DNA of 64,000 nucleotides from Eledone cirrhosa (lineage: Eukaryota), in NCBI GenBank assembly GCA_964016885.1, contig OZ024747.1, positions 26,846,001 to 26,910,000 on the forward strand, written 5' to 3'. The notes beneath the pieces are model-generated. The model worked only from the letters and a program-made list of their open reading frames with translations, searched no databases and was not told where the DNA came from. Shown here in pieces: positions 53,768-64,000 of this stretch; within the stretch, counting starts at the first letter, position 1; each line of letters begins with the position of its first letter. The position numbers and the translations under genes were made by a program.

Positions 53768-56092
53768 GTTGAGGCGACTCTGATCATGCTATGATCATTG
53801 CCAATCTGGCACTTGAGGACAGCAACAAAAACCAGAGCCATCTCCAATCTGCTTGCTTTGATTGGAAGAGGGCGGATTGGAACTTGTACTGCACTGAGCT
53901 ACAGCGCCCAAACTGGCATGAGATGTATAACTCTGGAGATGTGAACTCTATACTCCAGAGCATCCTGGACTCAATATGGATAGCATGTGCAGCATCAGTG
54001 CCACGGAAGCGGAAAAATAACCACCCCAAAAGTGCAATCTGGGAAACTGCCAGGAAAGAACGTCGGAACGCTGAACGGGAATATAAACTGCATAGATCAG
54101 ATGCCAACAGAAAAAAGCGGAATAAATCTTCTAACCATCTCAAGCAAGTGACAAAGAAAGCAGTGCTTGAATTTGAACAGTGCATCGCAACCAATCCTGA
54201 CAGTAAGGTGTTCTGGAAATATGTTCATTCAAAGCAGAGACCTCACTCTCCAGTTGGTCCTCTTCGCAATCCCCACACAAGCCAGATCACTGACGATCCC
54301 AAGGAATGCGCAGAACTCATTGCTGAGTGCTATGCAAGTATTTTTACTGTTGAAAACCAGAATGTACCATCTCCACCATCTCTAACATCAAATTCCATAA
54401 CAACTATGGAATTTACACCTGCAATGTTGCGACGTCACCTTAAGAATAAGCGCAACTATGCCTCCCCGGGTCTTGATGGTGTGACATACCTGCTTCTCAA
54501 ACGTGGCGGGTATTTCCTTTTGCGCCAGCTTTCTTTCTTCTTTCAATACTGTCTCAACAATGGTGCTACTCCGGAGCAGTGGAAAACTGCCAGTGTCATT
54601 CCCCTGTTCAAAAAGGGCAACCGCATGTCACCTGTCAACTATCGTCCAGTCAGTCTTACTAGCTGTATGGCCAAACTGATGGAATCCTGTGTCAGAGAAA
54701 CACTTTGGAACTTCTGGAGCTCTCACAGCCTCATCCGGCCCTCACAGTTTGGATTTATCCCTAACTCCAGCTGCTGTGATCAGCTTATCGAGTTCCTTGA
54801 GGACATCACCCGGATCACTGACAGCGGCTCATGGGTGGATGTTGTTTACCTTGACTTTGCTAAGGCTTTTAATTCTGTGCCACACAAAAGACTTATGGCA
54901 AAACTCTCTGCAATGGGTGTGAGGGATGATCTTTTCGACTGGTTGAAATCCTTCATTCTCAGCCGAAAAGAAGTAGTCACGGTTCTAGGACAGCATTCTT
55001 CACCATATAAGATGTCATCTGGTGTACCACAGGGATCTGTTCTTGGTCCTCTTTTGTTTGTGGCATATATTAATGACATAGATGCCAACTTACAGAATGC
55101 CACGGTACTAAAATATGCAGATGACATCAAGCTGTACCTTGAAATCAAAAGGACTGATCCTGAAATTTACAACTCTTTCCTACAATCAGACCTGGACACA
55201 ATGCAACAATGGATCACATACTGGCAACTGAAGCTGGCTGTGGACAAGTGTACCACCATGCATTTTGGAAGGAAAAATCCAGCGTCCACATACTCCCTCC
55301 ACAACACTGATATCAAAAAGTCCTCTTGTGAACGTGACCTGGGCATTACTGTCAGCAACGATTTGCGTTGGACAAAGCATGTCTCTAAGATTGTCAAGAA
55401 GGCCGAGGGTGTCTTGGCATCACTCAGCAAGACCTTTGTTAGCCGCTCTCCAGCCATCTATTTAAAACTGTATACAGCTATGGTGCGACCACACTTGGAA
55501 TTCGCATCATCAGTCTGGAACCCCTATCTTGCTCAGAACATTGACCTCCTGGAAACTGTTCAGAGACGTGCAACCAAGCGCATACCCTCCATCAGACACC
55601 TACCATACTCTGAACGCCTTGCTTCCCTGGGCATGGATTCATTGAAGCTCCGACGTCTGGCAATGGACTTGGTGAATACCCACAAAGTTTTTAACCATCT
55701 CGCCAATTGCAACCCTGAGCGCCTCTTTGATCTCCATGTGTCTAACACACGTGGACATGCCTACAAGATCAGAAAACAGCACAGCTCCCATGACTTTCGT
55801 AGACATTTTTTCACGCTCAGAGTTGCTGAAGCATGGAACAAACTGCCTGCGTCAATTGTTAGCTGCCGAGACACTGCATCCTTTAAGACACTCATGCTTC
55901 CCGAAATACGCCAAAACTACACCTGATGTACCCCTTCCATACACATGCACACATGTGTGTATCATGACTCATGCACTGTTCATTTTACTGATGTTTGTGC
56001 ATTGCCCTATGTACTGTACATGCACTTTTTTTTTATGAGTTGTGGTGCACCTGGGCACTGTACACAATATTTCATTATTGTTATTATTATTA
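53768..56092 (+). mobile_element. CR1-like LINE, 5'-truncated
   Basis: Starts at the C-terminal end of the APE domain (GDSDHAMI), contains an RT ORF, 3' UTR and (ATT)n tail. Same family as the copies at about 10.2-11.0 kb and 38.5-41.0 kb. Confidence 0.93.
53791..55926 (+). CDS. CR1-like LINE ORF2 reverse transcriptase (711 aa, uninterrupted, endonuclease truncated)
   Basis: NYRPVSLTS, YLDFAKAF, GVPQGSVLGPLLF, YADD, ERDLG, VRPHLEFAS, VQRRATK, TRGH, WNKLP motifs. Confidence 0.9.
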   Translation: MIIANLALEDSNKNQSHLQSACFDWKRADWNLYCTELQRPNWHEMYNSGDVNSILQSILDSIWIACAASVPRKRKNNHPKSAIWETARKERRNAEREYKLHRSDANRKKRNKSSNHLKQVTKKAVLEFEQCIATNPDSKVFWKYVHSKQRPHSPVGPLRNPHTSQITDDPKECAELIAECYASIFTVENQNVPSPPSLTSNSITTMEFTPAMLRRHLKNKRNYASPGLDGVTYLLLKRGGYFLLRQLSFFFQYCLNNGATPEQWKTASVIPLFKKGNRMSPVNYRPVSLTSCMAKLMESCVRETLWNFWSSHSLIRPSQFGFIPNSSCCDQLIEFLEDITRITDSGSWVDVVYLDFAKAFNSVPHKRLMAKLSAMGVRDDLFDWLKSFILSRKEVVTVLGQHSSPYKMSSGVPQGSVLGPLLFVAYINDIDANLQNATVLKYADDIKLYLEIKRTDPEIYNSFLQSDLDTMQQWITYWQLKLAVDKCTTMHFGRKNPASTYSLHNTDIKKSSCERDLGITVSNDLRWTKHVSKIVKKAEGVLASLSKTFVSRSPAIYLKLYTAMVRPHLEFASSVWNPYLAQNIDLLETVQRRATKRIPSIRHLPYSERLASLGMDSLKLRRLAMDLVNTHKVFNHLANCNPERLFDLHVSNTRGHAYKIRKQHSSHDFRRHFFTLRVAEAWNKLPASIVSCRDTASFKTLMLPEIRQNYT

Positions 56093-56339
56093 TATCACGA
56101 CTCATACACTGTTCATTTTCCTGACATTTGTACATTATTCTATGTACTATACATGCACCTTTGATGAGTTCTAGTGCACCTGAGCACTGTACACAATAAT
56201 TTCATTATTATTATTATTATAAATAGCCACACGCCCTCCCCATGAACATTGCTTGATACTTAAGTAAGGGCAGAAGATAGCGAGGCTAAGACGCTGAAAT
56301 AGTCAAGTACCCTCACAAGCATCACTTGATACTTCAGTA

Positions 56340-57004
56340 AGACGAAGCGGCGACGATAATAAAACCTTGTAAATCATAAACGTGACAATTTAACTAACAT
56401 ATGCTACTTGCTTGTTGAATAAAATCACTATTTACATATTTTACTAATTCTAATAACATCGACCACTGTTTGAGTTTTTATTAAATGCCTCTTTTTAAAC
56501 TCAGTTTTTGAAAATAATATGACTTAATCTATAATCTATAATTATCAATAACTAACAAAACTAAATAATATTTAACCAAACAAAAAAGTTTCAATAATTA
56601 GTTACAGGAAGTATCGATTATCTCCCTTTATTCATATCACTCGCAGCAATACAAACCACATTGGGAAGCAGACGCCCGTCTTGAATAGATAGTTTTATAT
56701 ATATATATATAAATGCATATATTTATACATATACACACGGTGGATTGGTGTTAACATTACCTTTTCGATGTATTTGATCAACAACGATATTTTAACATTT
56801 TATAATTTCAAACCCCGTCGCGGTGTCAGTTTTAACGTTCATCCTTCGGTGGTCGATAAAATAAAATACGAGTCTAGTACTGAGGATCGATGTAATCGAC
56901 TGTCTCCTATTCGTTTCCCCCCAAATGTAAATCCCTCGTGTCAATGTAAAACATCGATATTTATAACCTGCTTCCTTTAATTCTATCTCTTAATAACACC
57001 AACA
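56340..57004 (+). promoter_or_regulatory. Probable PIGW promoter / 5' region (locally CpG-retaining)
   Basis: CpG dinucleotides are visibly more frequent than in flanking unique DNA. ETS-like CAGGAAGT adjoins a DRE-like TATCGAT near 56605-56618, with another ATCGAT near 56953. Lies directly upstream of the PIGW ATG. TSS not determined. Confidence 0.55.
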
Positions 57005-57171
57005 ATGTTAGGTACTTCGGCGTCATTCTCATACAAAAAACTCCAAGAACAATTTGTTAGCAACCAAAATGGTACCAGTATCCTGGAAGTATCTCTGGCT
57101 GTGACCATTTTACCATCCTTAATTCTCGTGAGAGACTGCTTGTTATTGGTAACTTCATTATCATCGACATG
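57005..57171 (+). CDS. PIGW: PIGW coding exon 1 (GPI-anchor inositol acyltransferase, GWT1 family)
   Basis: ATG at 57005 gives MLGTSASFSYKKLQEQFVSNQNGTSILEVSLAVTILPSLILVRDCLLL, matching the PIGW/Gwt1 N-terminus (human KQMKEAFVSNLNGTTVLEI). Donor TG|gtgagt at 57172, phase 2, joins exon 2 in frame. Confidence 0.93.
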
Positions 57172-57606
57172 GTGAGTATATTTCCTGTGACTAAGGTGAT
57201 GGTGCTTGGCTATTCTAGTATCTCTTAGTCTTGCTATCACCTGCAGTAATGCCGTCAGTGTCTTGGCTTGTCTCAAAAACTTTCGAGTGAAACATCAACA
57301 TTCCCCGTAGTGGTGTCTGTAACAGGGGGAGCGTGCTCGTCATTTTTGATATCTCGCCTTATCGAAGTATCAGGTGATACTCTGTGGGTACCTGGCTATT
57401 CGAACACCTTAACCTCGCTCTTACCTGTGGCAATGTTTTACATGTCTTAGCTTGATTCAAAAATGTTTAGAAGGAAATATCAACATTCCGTGTTGTGACG
57501 TGTAATTCGGTGTGCATGTCTTTTTTTTCTGATTAATTTCTATTGATTTGTTTATTTTGAAAATTCTATTTTTATATAAATTGTTTGTATATGTAAATAA
57601 ATACAA

Positions 57607-57735
57607 ATAATTGTTTCTATTTTAGGTACAAGGCCAGCAATTATCCAGTACATTACTGGTACTTTATTTTATCGACCCCGTAAGGATGAAAGGCAAAGTT
57701 AACCTCGGCGGGATTTGAACTCAGATCATAAAGGG
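57607..57735 (-). mobile_element. Meta/MESC-like SINE, 5'-truncated, in PIGW intron 1
   Basis: Same family, flanked by an atacaaataatt duplication. Confidence 0.8.
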
Positions 57736-59240
57736 ATACAAATAATTCTGACAAATTATCTACCAGCAGACACTATTCCCCGCAATGCTTTCATTGCTTT
57801 TAGGCAATCTCACTTGACTTGTTAGAAACAGTCACATCCAATCGTCTTTAAAAAAAGTAGATAAAGAAATATATAATTTTATTAAGGCATAACCGTCAAC
57901 ATAATATTACAAATAGAAAGAGAAATAAAGAAAGAAAAGGGAAAGGTAAAAAGATCGAGGAAAAACACACAAACAGGTAATACACACATCTAGGACCACA
58001 TACAACAAAAGGCAGGCGAAAGTGGTGGATAAACCAATCGCGACCAGAGTAAAAGATAATATTGCGAGGACCAGTGGGAAACCTCTATAATAATTTTTGA
58101 GGCAAGCCAGCTTGCTGGCAATGTTACCTCGTGTGATGGCGAGGCTGATGCGCAGGAACAGCCAAGCGCCCTCACAAGCATCACAATTACCTCGGTTAGG
58201 CGAGCTGCCAGTGAAGACAAGAACCTCGCAGTTAGCAACCCGGCTCCCCCAAACGTCTTGAACACCACAGGCTGGAAAATGTAGTTAACCAACAGATCAT
58301 GGTATTTCAAGAAATATATATTAAGGAAATGAGCTAATTGAACCTAGTAAACAATGTTTCCATTGGTCTTTCCATTGATGATACTAACTGCCAGTCACGA
58401 CTCCTGTCAAAAGTGGGCAGGATTTGAACTCAGAATGCACTGAGCCAGATCAGATGCTGTCCAACACTTTAACCAATCTGCCAATCCACTGGCCCAGGAC
58501 TGGTGCTTTATTTATACACACACATCTATATGTGTATGTTTTCATTAACACTGTTTAAACAGCCAGTGCTGTTTGTTTATGTCCTGCAGCTTAATGGTTT
58601 GATGAGTGAAGGTCGGTGGATTAAGTGCCATATTTAAATAAGGTACGGCTTGGTACCAGGAAGTGCACCTGGTTATACAGCCACAAAAAGTCTCATCCAA
58701 CCCATGCCAGCATAGTAATGATGGTAGTTGTGATTGTGGTAGTGGCATTGTTGGTGGTGGTGGTGGTAGAAGTGTTGTGTTGTTGGCGGTGGTAGTGGCA
58801 TTGTTATTGTTATTGGTGGTGTTGTTGTTGTTGGTGGTGGTGGTGATGTACTCAAGTAGTATCTATGTTCTAGTATTTGCACTTGATAGATTTGATGCTG
58901 AGTGTTGCATGGCTGGAATGAAAATCAGTGCTGTGAAATCTGAGACACTCGTCCTCTCAAGGAGGCCTGTACAGTGCACACTACATGTGAAAGGAGTTCC
59001 ACTGAAGCAGGTGGAGAAGTTCAAGTATCTTGGGGCTGTGTTCATGAATTAAGTGCAAGAATTGCAGGAGCTGGTGTAATAATGCACCAGCTTCAGCATT
59101 CAGTAATCAGAAGAAGGGGGGTAGGTGTAAAAGCCAAACTCACTATCTTCAATTTGGTAATCGTGCCAACCCTTACCTATGGTCATGAATCTTGGGTAAT
59201 GACTAAAAGAAAACAATCGTGAATGGAAGTGGCCAATCTG

Positions 59241-59990
59241 CTATATACAGATCTCCCGGATGCGCAACAGATGCAGCAAGGGTAGCAACAAACTTACCAG
59301 CATGGTGAAATTCCAGAGAGTTCTCCACCATGCTGGTAAGTTTGTTGCTACCCTTGCTGCATCTGTTGTGCATCCGGGAGATCTGTATATAGGCCATTTT
59401 GACTCTGTAGGGTAAGGCAGAATCATGGTGCACAAAAATGTCTCTGCAGGCATCCTTCTTGTAAAATTTGATATATATGGATCCCTCCTCTGTGACTCTT
59501 AGTGTAATGTCAAGTAGAGAAAGAGATCCAGTGGTGTCTGAGTGCTCAAACCTCAAAATTCACATGTGCATCTATGTTTTCGAAGATGTAAATCTTGACA
59601 GCTTCTTCATATGATGAAATGAGCATAACAATATCATCCACATCCCTGGAGAAGAAGGAACAAGAGCAGCAAGTGGTGAATGCTGTGCACTGTAACTGGT
59701 CCATGTACGTGATGGCCAGCAACCCTGAGAAACTTGACCCTATCAGAACTCCTGAAATTTATTTATAGACAGAGCCTTCAAACTAGAAAAAAGTGTTGCA
59801 TGTGACGATAGAGAGCAGCTCATGAATGTCAGCAGCAGTGAGTTGAAAGCAACTGAGGTCAGTAGAAGCAATGATGTCGTCCGTAATTAAGTTGATGACC
59901 AGTGGCGTGGGGACAGGTGTAGAGAGAAACAACATCTAAACTAAATGGCTATCTATTTTGTCTAAGTGTGGTGGGATTAAGTTCTTTTAG
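59241..59990 (-). mobile_element. PLE RT fragment with terminal inversion, in PIGW intron 1
   Basis: Minus strand DDIVML..SLSLLDITL..FYKK..FVHHDSALP..RCS, the PLE RT/thumb region. Confidence 0.7.
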
Positions 59991-60199
59991 TCTGTTGATC
60001 ACTTTATGTGAACTGTCTCTGTGTCCAAGGAAAGTGTGAAATTAAAGGGTTAAATTATGTTCCAAACTCCAGTTAATAATGAGAAAGTTAGTTATATTAC
60101 TAAATCCTTCCAAATACTTGATTATTTTCAAAATTATACAATCTTTTATTAGAAATAGAGTAACAAAAGGATTAAACATTTTTATTTCATCTATTTCAG

Positions 60200-60622
60200 G
60201 TTCAAACCAGTTATTGAATTCATTGTATTGATTGTCATTGCTGAGCTTGGCCTTACAGTATTTAGTGACAACATCATATTGATTCTGCTGCTCATATTCC
60301 TCACTATTGTTCTGCTGCTGTCAACACATACATCACAAATGCAGGATTTGTGGACCAATTTATTCAACTCCAATGAACTGCTACACAAACCTATCTTAAC
60401 ATACAACAATGGTAGACAACTCAAGTTTATTACATACTTCCGGGCTGTTATCTACACCATGACAGCTATTTGTATACTTGCTGTTGACTTCCCAATATTC
60501 CCAAGACGTTTTGCCAAAACTGAGACCTATGGAACCAGTATTATGGACACAGGGGTTGGCTTTTATATCATAACAAATGCACTAACCTCTCCTGAAGCCA
60601 GACATAAAACTCCCCGTTGCAG
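60200..60622 (+). CDS. PIGW: PIGW coding exon 2
   Basis: Acceptor tatttcag|G. Encodes the signature [33 protein letters not shown]. Donor AG|gtttgt, phase 2. Confidence 0.96.
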
Positions 60623-61496
60623 GTTTGTACCTTTTCTCATAAAATACTACAATTTTGTTATCATCTACCTCCTCTTCCTCCTCATCATCATTATATGTTC
60701 ATTTTCCATGTTGGCATGGGCTGGATGGGTCATCATGGTCTGAGGCTAAACTGGTCAGAGAATCACATCTTGTTTGTACATGCCATATTTGGCTTGGTTT
60801 CTATAGCTGGATGCCCTTCTTTGCCCATATTAATGCCAACCACTTTACAGGATGTACTGGATGCATTTTATCATGACATCAACACTACCACTTTACATGG
60901 TATACTGGCTGCATTTTATCATGGCACCAACACTACCACTTTATTATAGGATATAGTTTTTTCTTTCTTTTCTTGCCACATCATGTCTGATGATTGGTAA
61001 ATATGCAATGAACAATTATGACATATATGTGTGTATGTATGCATGTATGTATGTGTGTGCATGTATATTATTATCATTCATCAACATATTTTATCATACT
61101 CAGAGCCTTGTTAGCAAAGCATTATAACAAATGCTTTCTCAGAGACTACTGCATGGGCTTCCACACCATTCTGTCACAACATGTAAAAAGAGAAGAGTAG
61201 TTTGACTACCTCATACTCTTCTGTTGCATGTGTGTTTGTGCTTGCGTGTGTAAAAGGAAGGAAGTGTGTTTGTGCTTGCGTGTTTACTCGTATATTTATA
61301 TACTCAAACATATAAATGTTTTCATATACACATATACACATACGCGTCAGTGTATGGAAAAGAATTCTAGTAGTAGAAAACACTTTCCAAGGTTCCACAC
61401 AATGGGATGAACTCGAAACCACATGGTTGTGAAGTGAATTCTTTAACTGCCATGCCTATATGTTAAAAACTCCAATTTCTGTTTTCTTTAATCTAG

Positions 61497-61665
61497 ATCG
61501 TTCTTAGACTGGTTGTCTGTGTTATTTCTGTCAATGAAGAGTTGTGTCCCCTTGCTGACTCTTGGACTCAGTCGAATTATTGTGGTGAAAGGAACAGACT
61601 ACCAAGAGCATTATTCTGAGTATGGTGTCCATTGGAACTTTTTCTTCACTCTGGCATTTGTAAAA
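61497..61665 (+). CDS. PIGW: PIGW coding exon 3
   Basis: Acceptor ttctttaatctag|A. Encodes [39 protein letters not shown] (conserved [17 protein letters not shown]). Donor AAA|gtaagt, phase 0. Confidence 0.96.
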
Positions 61666-62802
61666 GTAAGTCTTTCATTCCTGATAAACTCTATGACAAA
61701 TTCCACAGATCTCGTCTACCCTCGTTGATTTTTTTCCATTCCTGGCTGTAGTTATTTCATTTCAGTTTGTTTTTTAAACTTAAAGTATTTTATCCCTAAT
61801 AAATCTATAATAAATTCCATAGAACCGCTAATGACAATCAAACGGAGGCAATAATGAGTAAAGAGGGCTCTCCAACCTGGCTGAGCATATGACAATCGAC
61901 ATAGTGCATGTACCACGATAAAATACACCCAATACACTCTGTAAAGTGGTAGTGTTTGTAACATAAAATGCACTCAGTACATTCTGTGAAGTGGTTGTGC
62001 TGACACCACAATAGAATGCACCCAGTAAACTCTGTAAAGTGGTAGTGCTAATGCTACCATAAAATACATCCAGTACATTTTGTAAAGTGGTATGATAAAA
62101 TGCACCCAATACACCCTGAAAAGTGATTGGTGTTAGGAAGGCATCCAGCTGTAGAAACCATGCCAAATATAGATCATATGAGCAAAATGAGGTTTCTCTG
62201 ACTAATCTAATCTCAGGCTAGAATAACCTGTTGAACCCATGCTAGATGTAAAATGATGATAATGATGTTTGAGGAAATACAACAGACTTAGTCAACCCAT
62301 CCTGTTTTTTTCTTAATTGTAGTTATTTCATTTCACTTTTTCTTTTTTAACCCTTTAACCATTAAGAAGTGCACCAGCTGTAGAGACAATGCCAAAATTG
62401 AAACATTTAAGCAAGATGTTCCCCCAACCCAGCCTATCTATGAGGATAGTGGCTCAGATTATGTACTGACTAAGTCTGTAACAACCCGTCCAACCCATGC
62501 CAGCATGGAAAAGCGTTCATAAATTTATTGTTGTTGTTGTTAGGTCAGTGAATTGGCAGAATCGTTAGAGCATCAGGCAAAATGCATTGCAGTATTTATT
62601 TTAGTTCTTTACATTTTAAGTTTAAATCCTGCTAAGGTCAACTTTGCTTGTGGAGTCTATAAAATAAAATACCAGTCAAGTACTGGAGTTAATTTAATCA
62701 ACATTAATCTACCATCCCTTCAAAAATTGCTGTCCTTTTGCCTAAATTAGAAACCATTATTATTATTATTTATCATTATTATTATTATTATCATTATTAA
62801 TA

Positions 62803-62993
62803 GGGCGGTGAATTGGCAGTATCAGTAGAGGGTTGGACGCCATGCTTTCTAGCATAGTTACGTCCCTTTACAGTCTGAGTTCAAATCCCGTCGAGGTTAA
62901 CTTTGCCTTTCATCCTTATGGGGTCGATAAAATAAAGTACCAGTAATGTACTGGGTAATTGCTGGCCTTGTGCCAAAAGTAGAAACAATTATT
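62803..62993 (+). mobile_element. tRNA-derived SINE with Meta/MESC-like central domain (representative copy)
   Basis: GGGCGGTGAATTGGCAGTATC (A box), GTTCAAATCC (B box), GCCTTTCATCCTT..GGGGTCGATAAAATAAAGTACCAG, end AGAAACAATTATT. Confidence 0.85.
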
Positions 62994-63027
62994 ATCATTA
63001 TTAATATTCTATTTTCTGTCATACCAG

Positions 63028-63278
63028 GTTTTCTCCACACTCTTCTACTGTATTTTCTCTGGGAGGTGCAGTAGCTGGATAGTTAGTATCATCATATGTC
63101 TAGGTTACCAGTGGTGTTTATATTGTGGTCTGGAGAACTATATCATCCATGGATGGGATGGACATGGAAGCAGGAAAGGTCTGCTTGATGCCAATCGGGA
63201 AGGAATCTTCTCATTATTTGGTTATATTGTACTCTACTTTGCTGGTGTACAACTTGGACAGTTTTTCTTTGGAATAAG
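63028..63278 (+). CDS. PIGW: PIGW coding exon 4 (gene continues beyond the window)
   Basis: Acceptor ctgtcataccag|GTT. Encodes HGWDGHGSRKGLLDANREGIFSLFGYIVLYFAGVQLG (conserved ANREGxxSxxGY). Donor AG|gtattt. No stop reached. Confidence 0.95.
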
Positions 63279-63374
63279 GTATTTATAATTATATATATAT
63301 ATAATGTTTTATCTCAGTTATATAAATATACTACTACGTGTATATAGTTATATTGTGTTTATAATTATATCCAT

Positions 63375-63760
63375 AGCCTGCTCCCATCAGCTCTGCAGCC
63401 AGGACCAGGACTTTCAGACCCAGTTGCAACACATGGTTTCTCACTTCATCCAGCTTGGATATCCCTCCACCTTGATCCAAGCTCTGCTTACCCACACCCA
63501 TGAAACTTACTGTACCACAGTCCTCACAATCTATGACGCCCAAACACTTGCCTTCCTTTCCCTCTCACCTACCACCCCTTTATCCTACTCCTGCGGCCCC
63601 ATACCCTTCTTTGCTTCCAAACCATTGTTTCTGACTCTACCCATCCATCACTGCCTTTAAACGAGCCCATAATCTCCATGACCTTCTTGTATATAGTTCT
63701 GATTCTTCCTCCCCTAGGACTCCACCTGGATCCCATCCCTGCTCTTGCCCCTGCTGTAAT
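63375..63760 (+). mobile_element. Degraded PLE fragment in PIGW intron 4
   Basis: QLCSQDQDFQTQLQHMVSHFIQLGYP..SLTYHP resembles the PLE thumb region. Confidence 0.5.
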
Positions 63761-64000
63761 ACCTGTCCCTACCAAACAAAGGGGGGATAGAATTCTTCAG
63801 TTGTATCAAAGACATGACAACTTCCTCATTGCTAGTGCCATAATAAAATGCACTCAATAGAGCAAGATGCAGGCCCTCAGTCTTTTTGAGCACTTGGTAG
63901 AGTGCAGGATATGTAAGATGCAGACCCCCAGCGCATCTGAGAAGCCAGTACTCACTTGGTCTATGACAACCTATCCAACACTTGCCAGCAGGGAAAACAG

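Noticed and set aside
60623-60743. C-terminal part of the 171-aa ORF 60228-60743
   Set aside because: It is read-through into intron 2. PIGW similarity stops at the AG|gtttgt donor and resumes in frame at 61497.

Overview
AT-rich, repeat-dense animal genomic DNA, most likely a coleoid cephalopod such as an octopus. That assignment is inferred from the (TA)n/(CA)n density and the SINE/RTE families, not proven. The one protein-coding gene I can identify is PIGW (GPI inositol acyltransferase). Its first four coding exons lie on + at 57005-63278 and the gene runs off the right end. The rest is mostly transposable elements: a large Neptune-type Penelope-like element (PLE) with inverted and direct pseudo-LTRs, three CR1-like LINE copies (one with an uninterrupted 711-aa RT ORF), many RTE LINE fragments carrying an internal PHD finger, two tRNA-derived SINE families, two non-autonomous Helitrons, and Chapaev3, mariner and CRE-like relics. 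The most interesting structural signals are: (i) U3-A8 variant hammerhead ribozymes in the PLE pLTRs, plus scattered minimal hammerheads; (ii) a 55-bp long-range inverted repeat in apparently unique sequence whose mismatches are mostly G.U on the + strand and which covers a candidate exon/5' splice site, resembling an RNA-editing complementary sequence; (iii) a fully paired 67-bp hairpin in PIGW intron 1; and (iv) a roughly 43-kb CpG-depleted domain (about 13-56 kb) that suggests an unannotated transcription unit I could not identify. Repeat boundaries were read by eye and are approximate unless termini are quoted.
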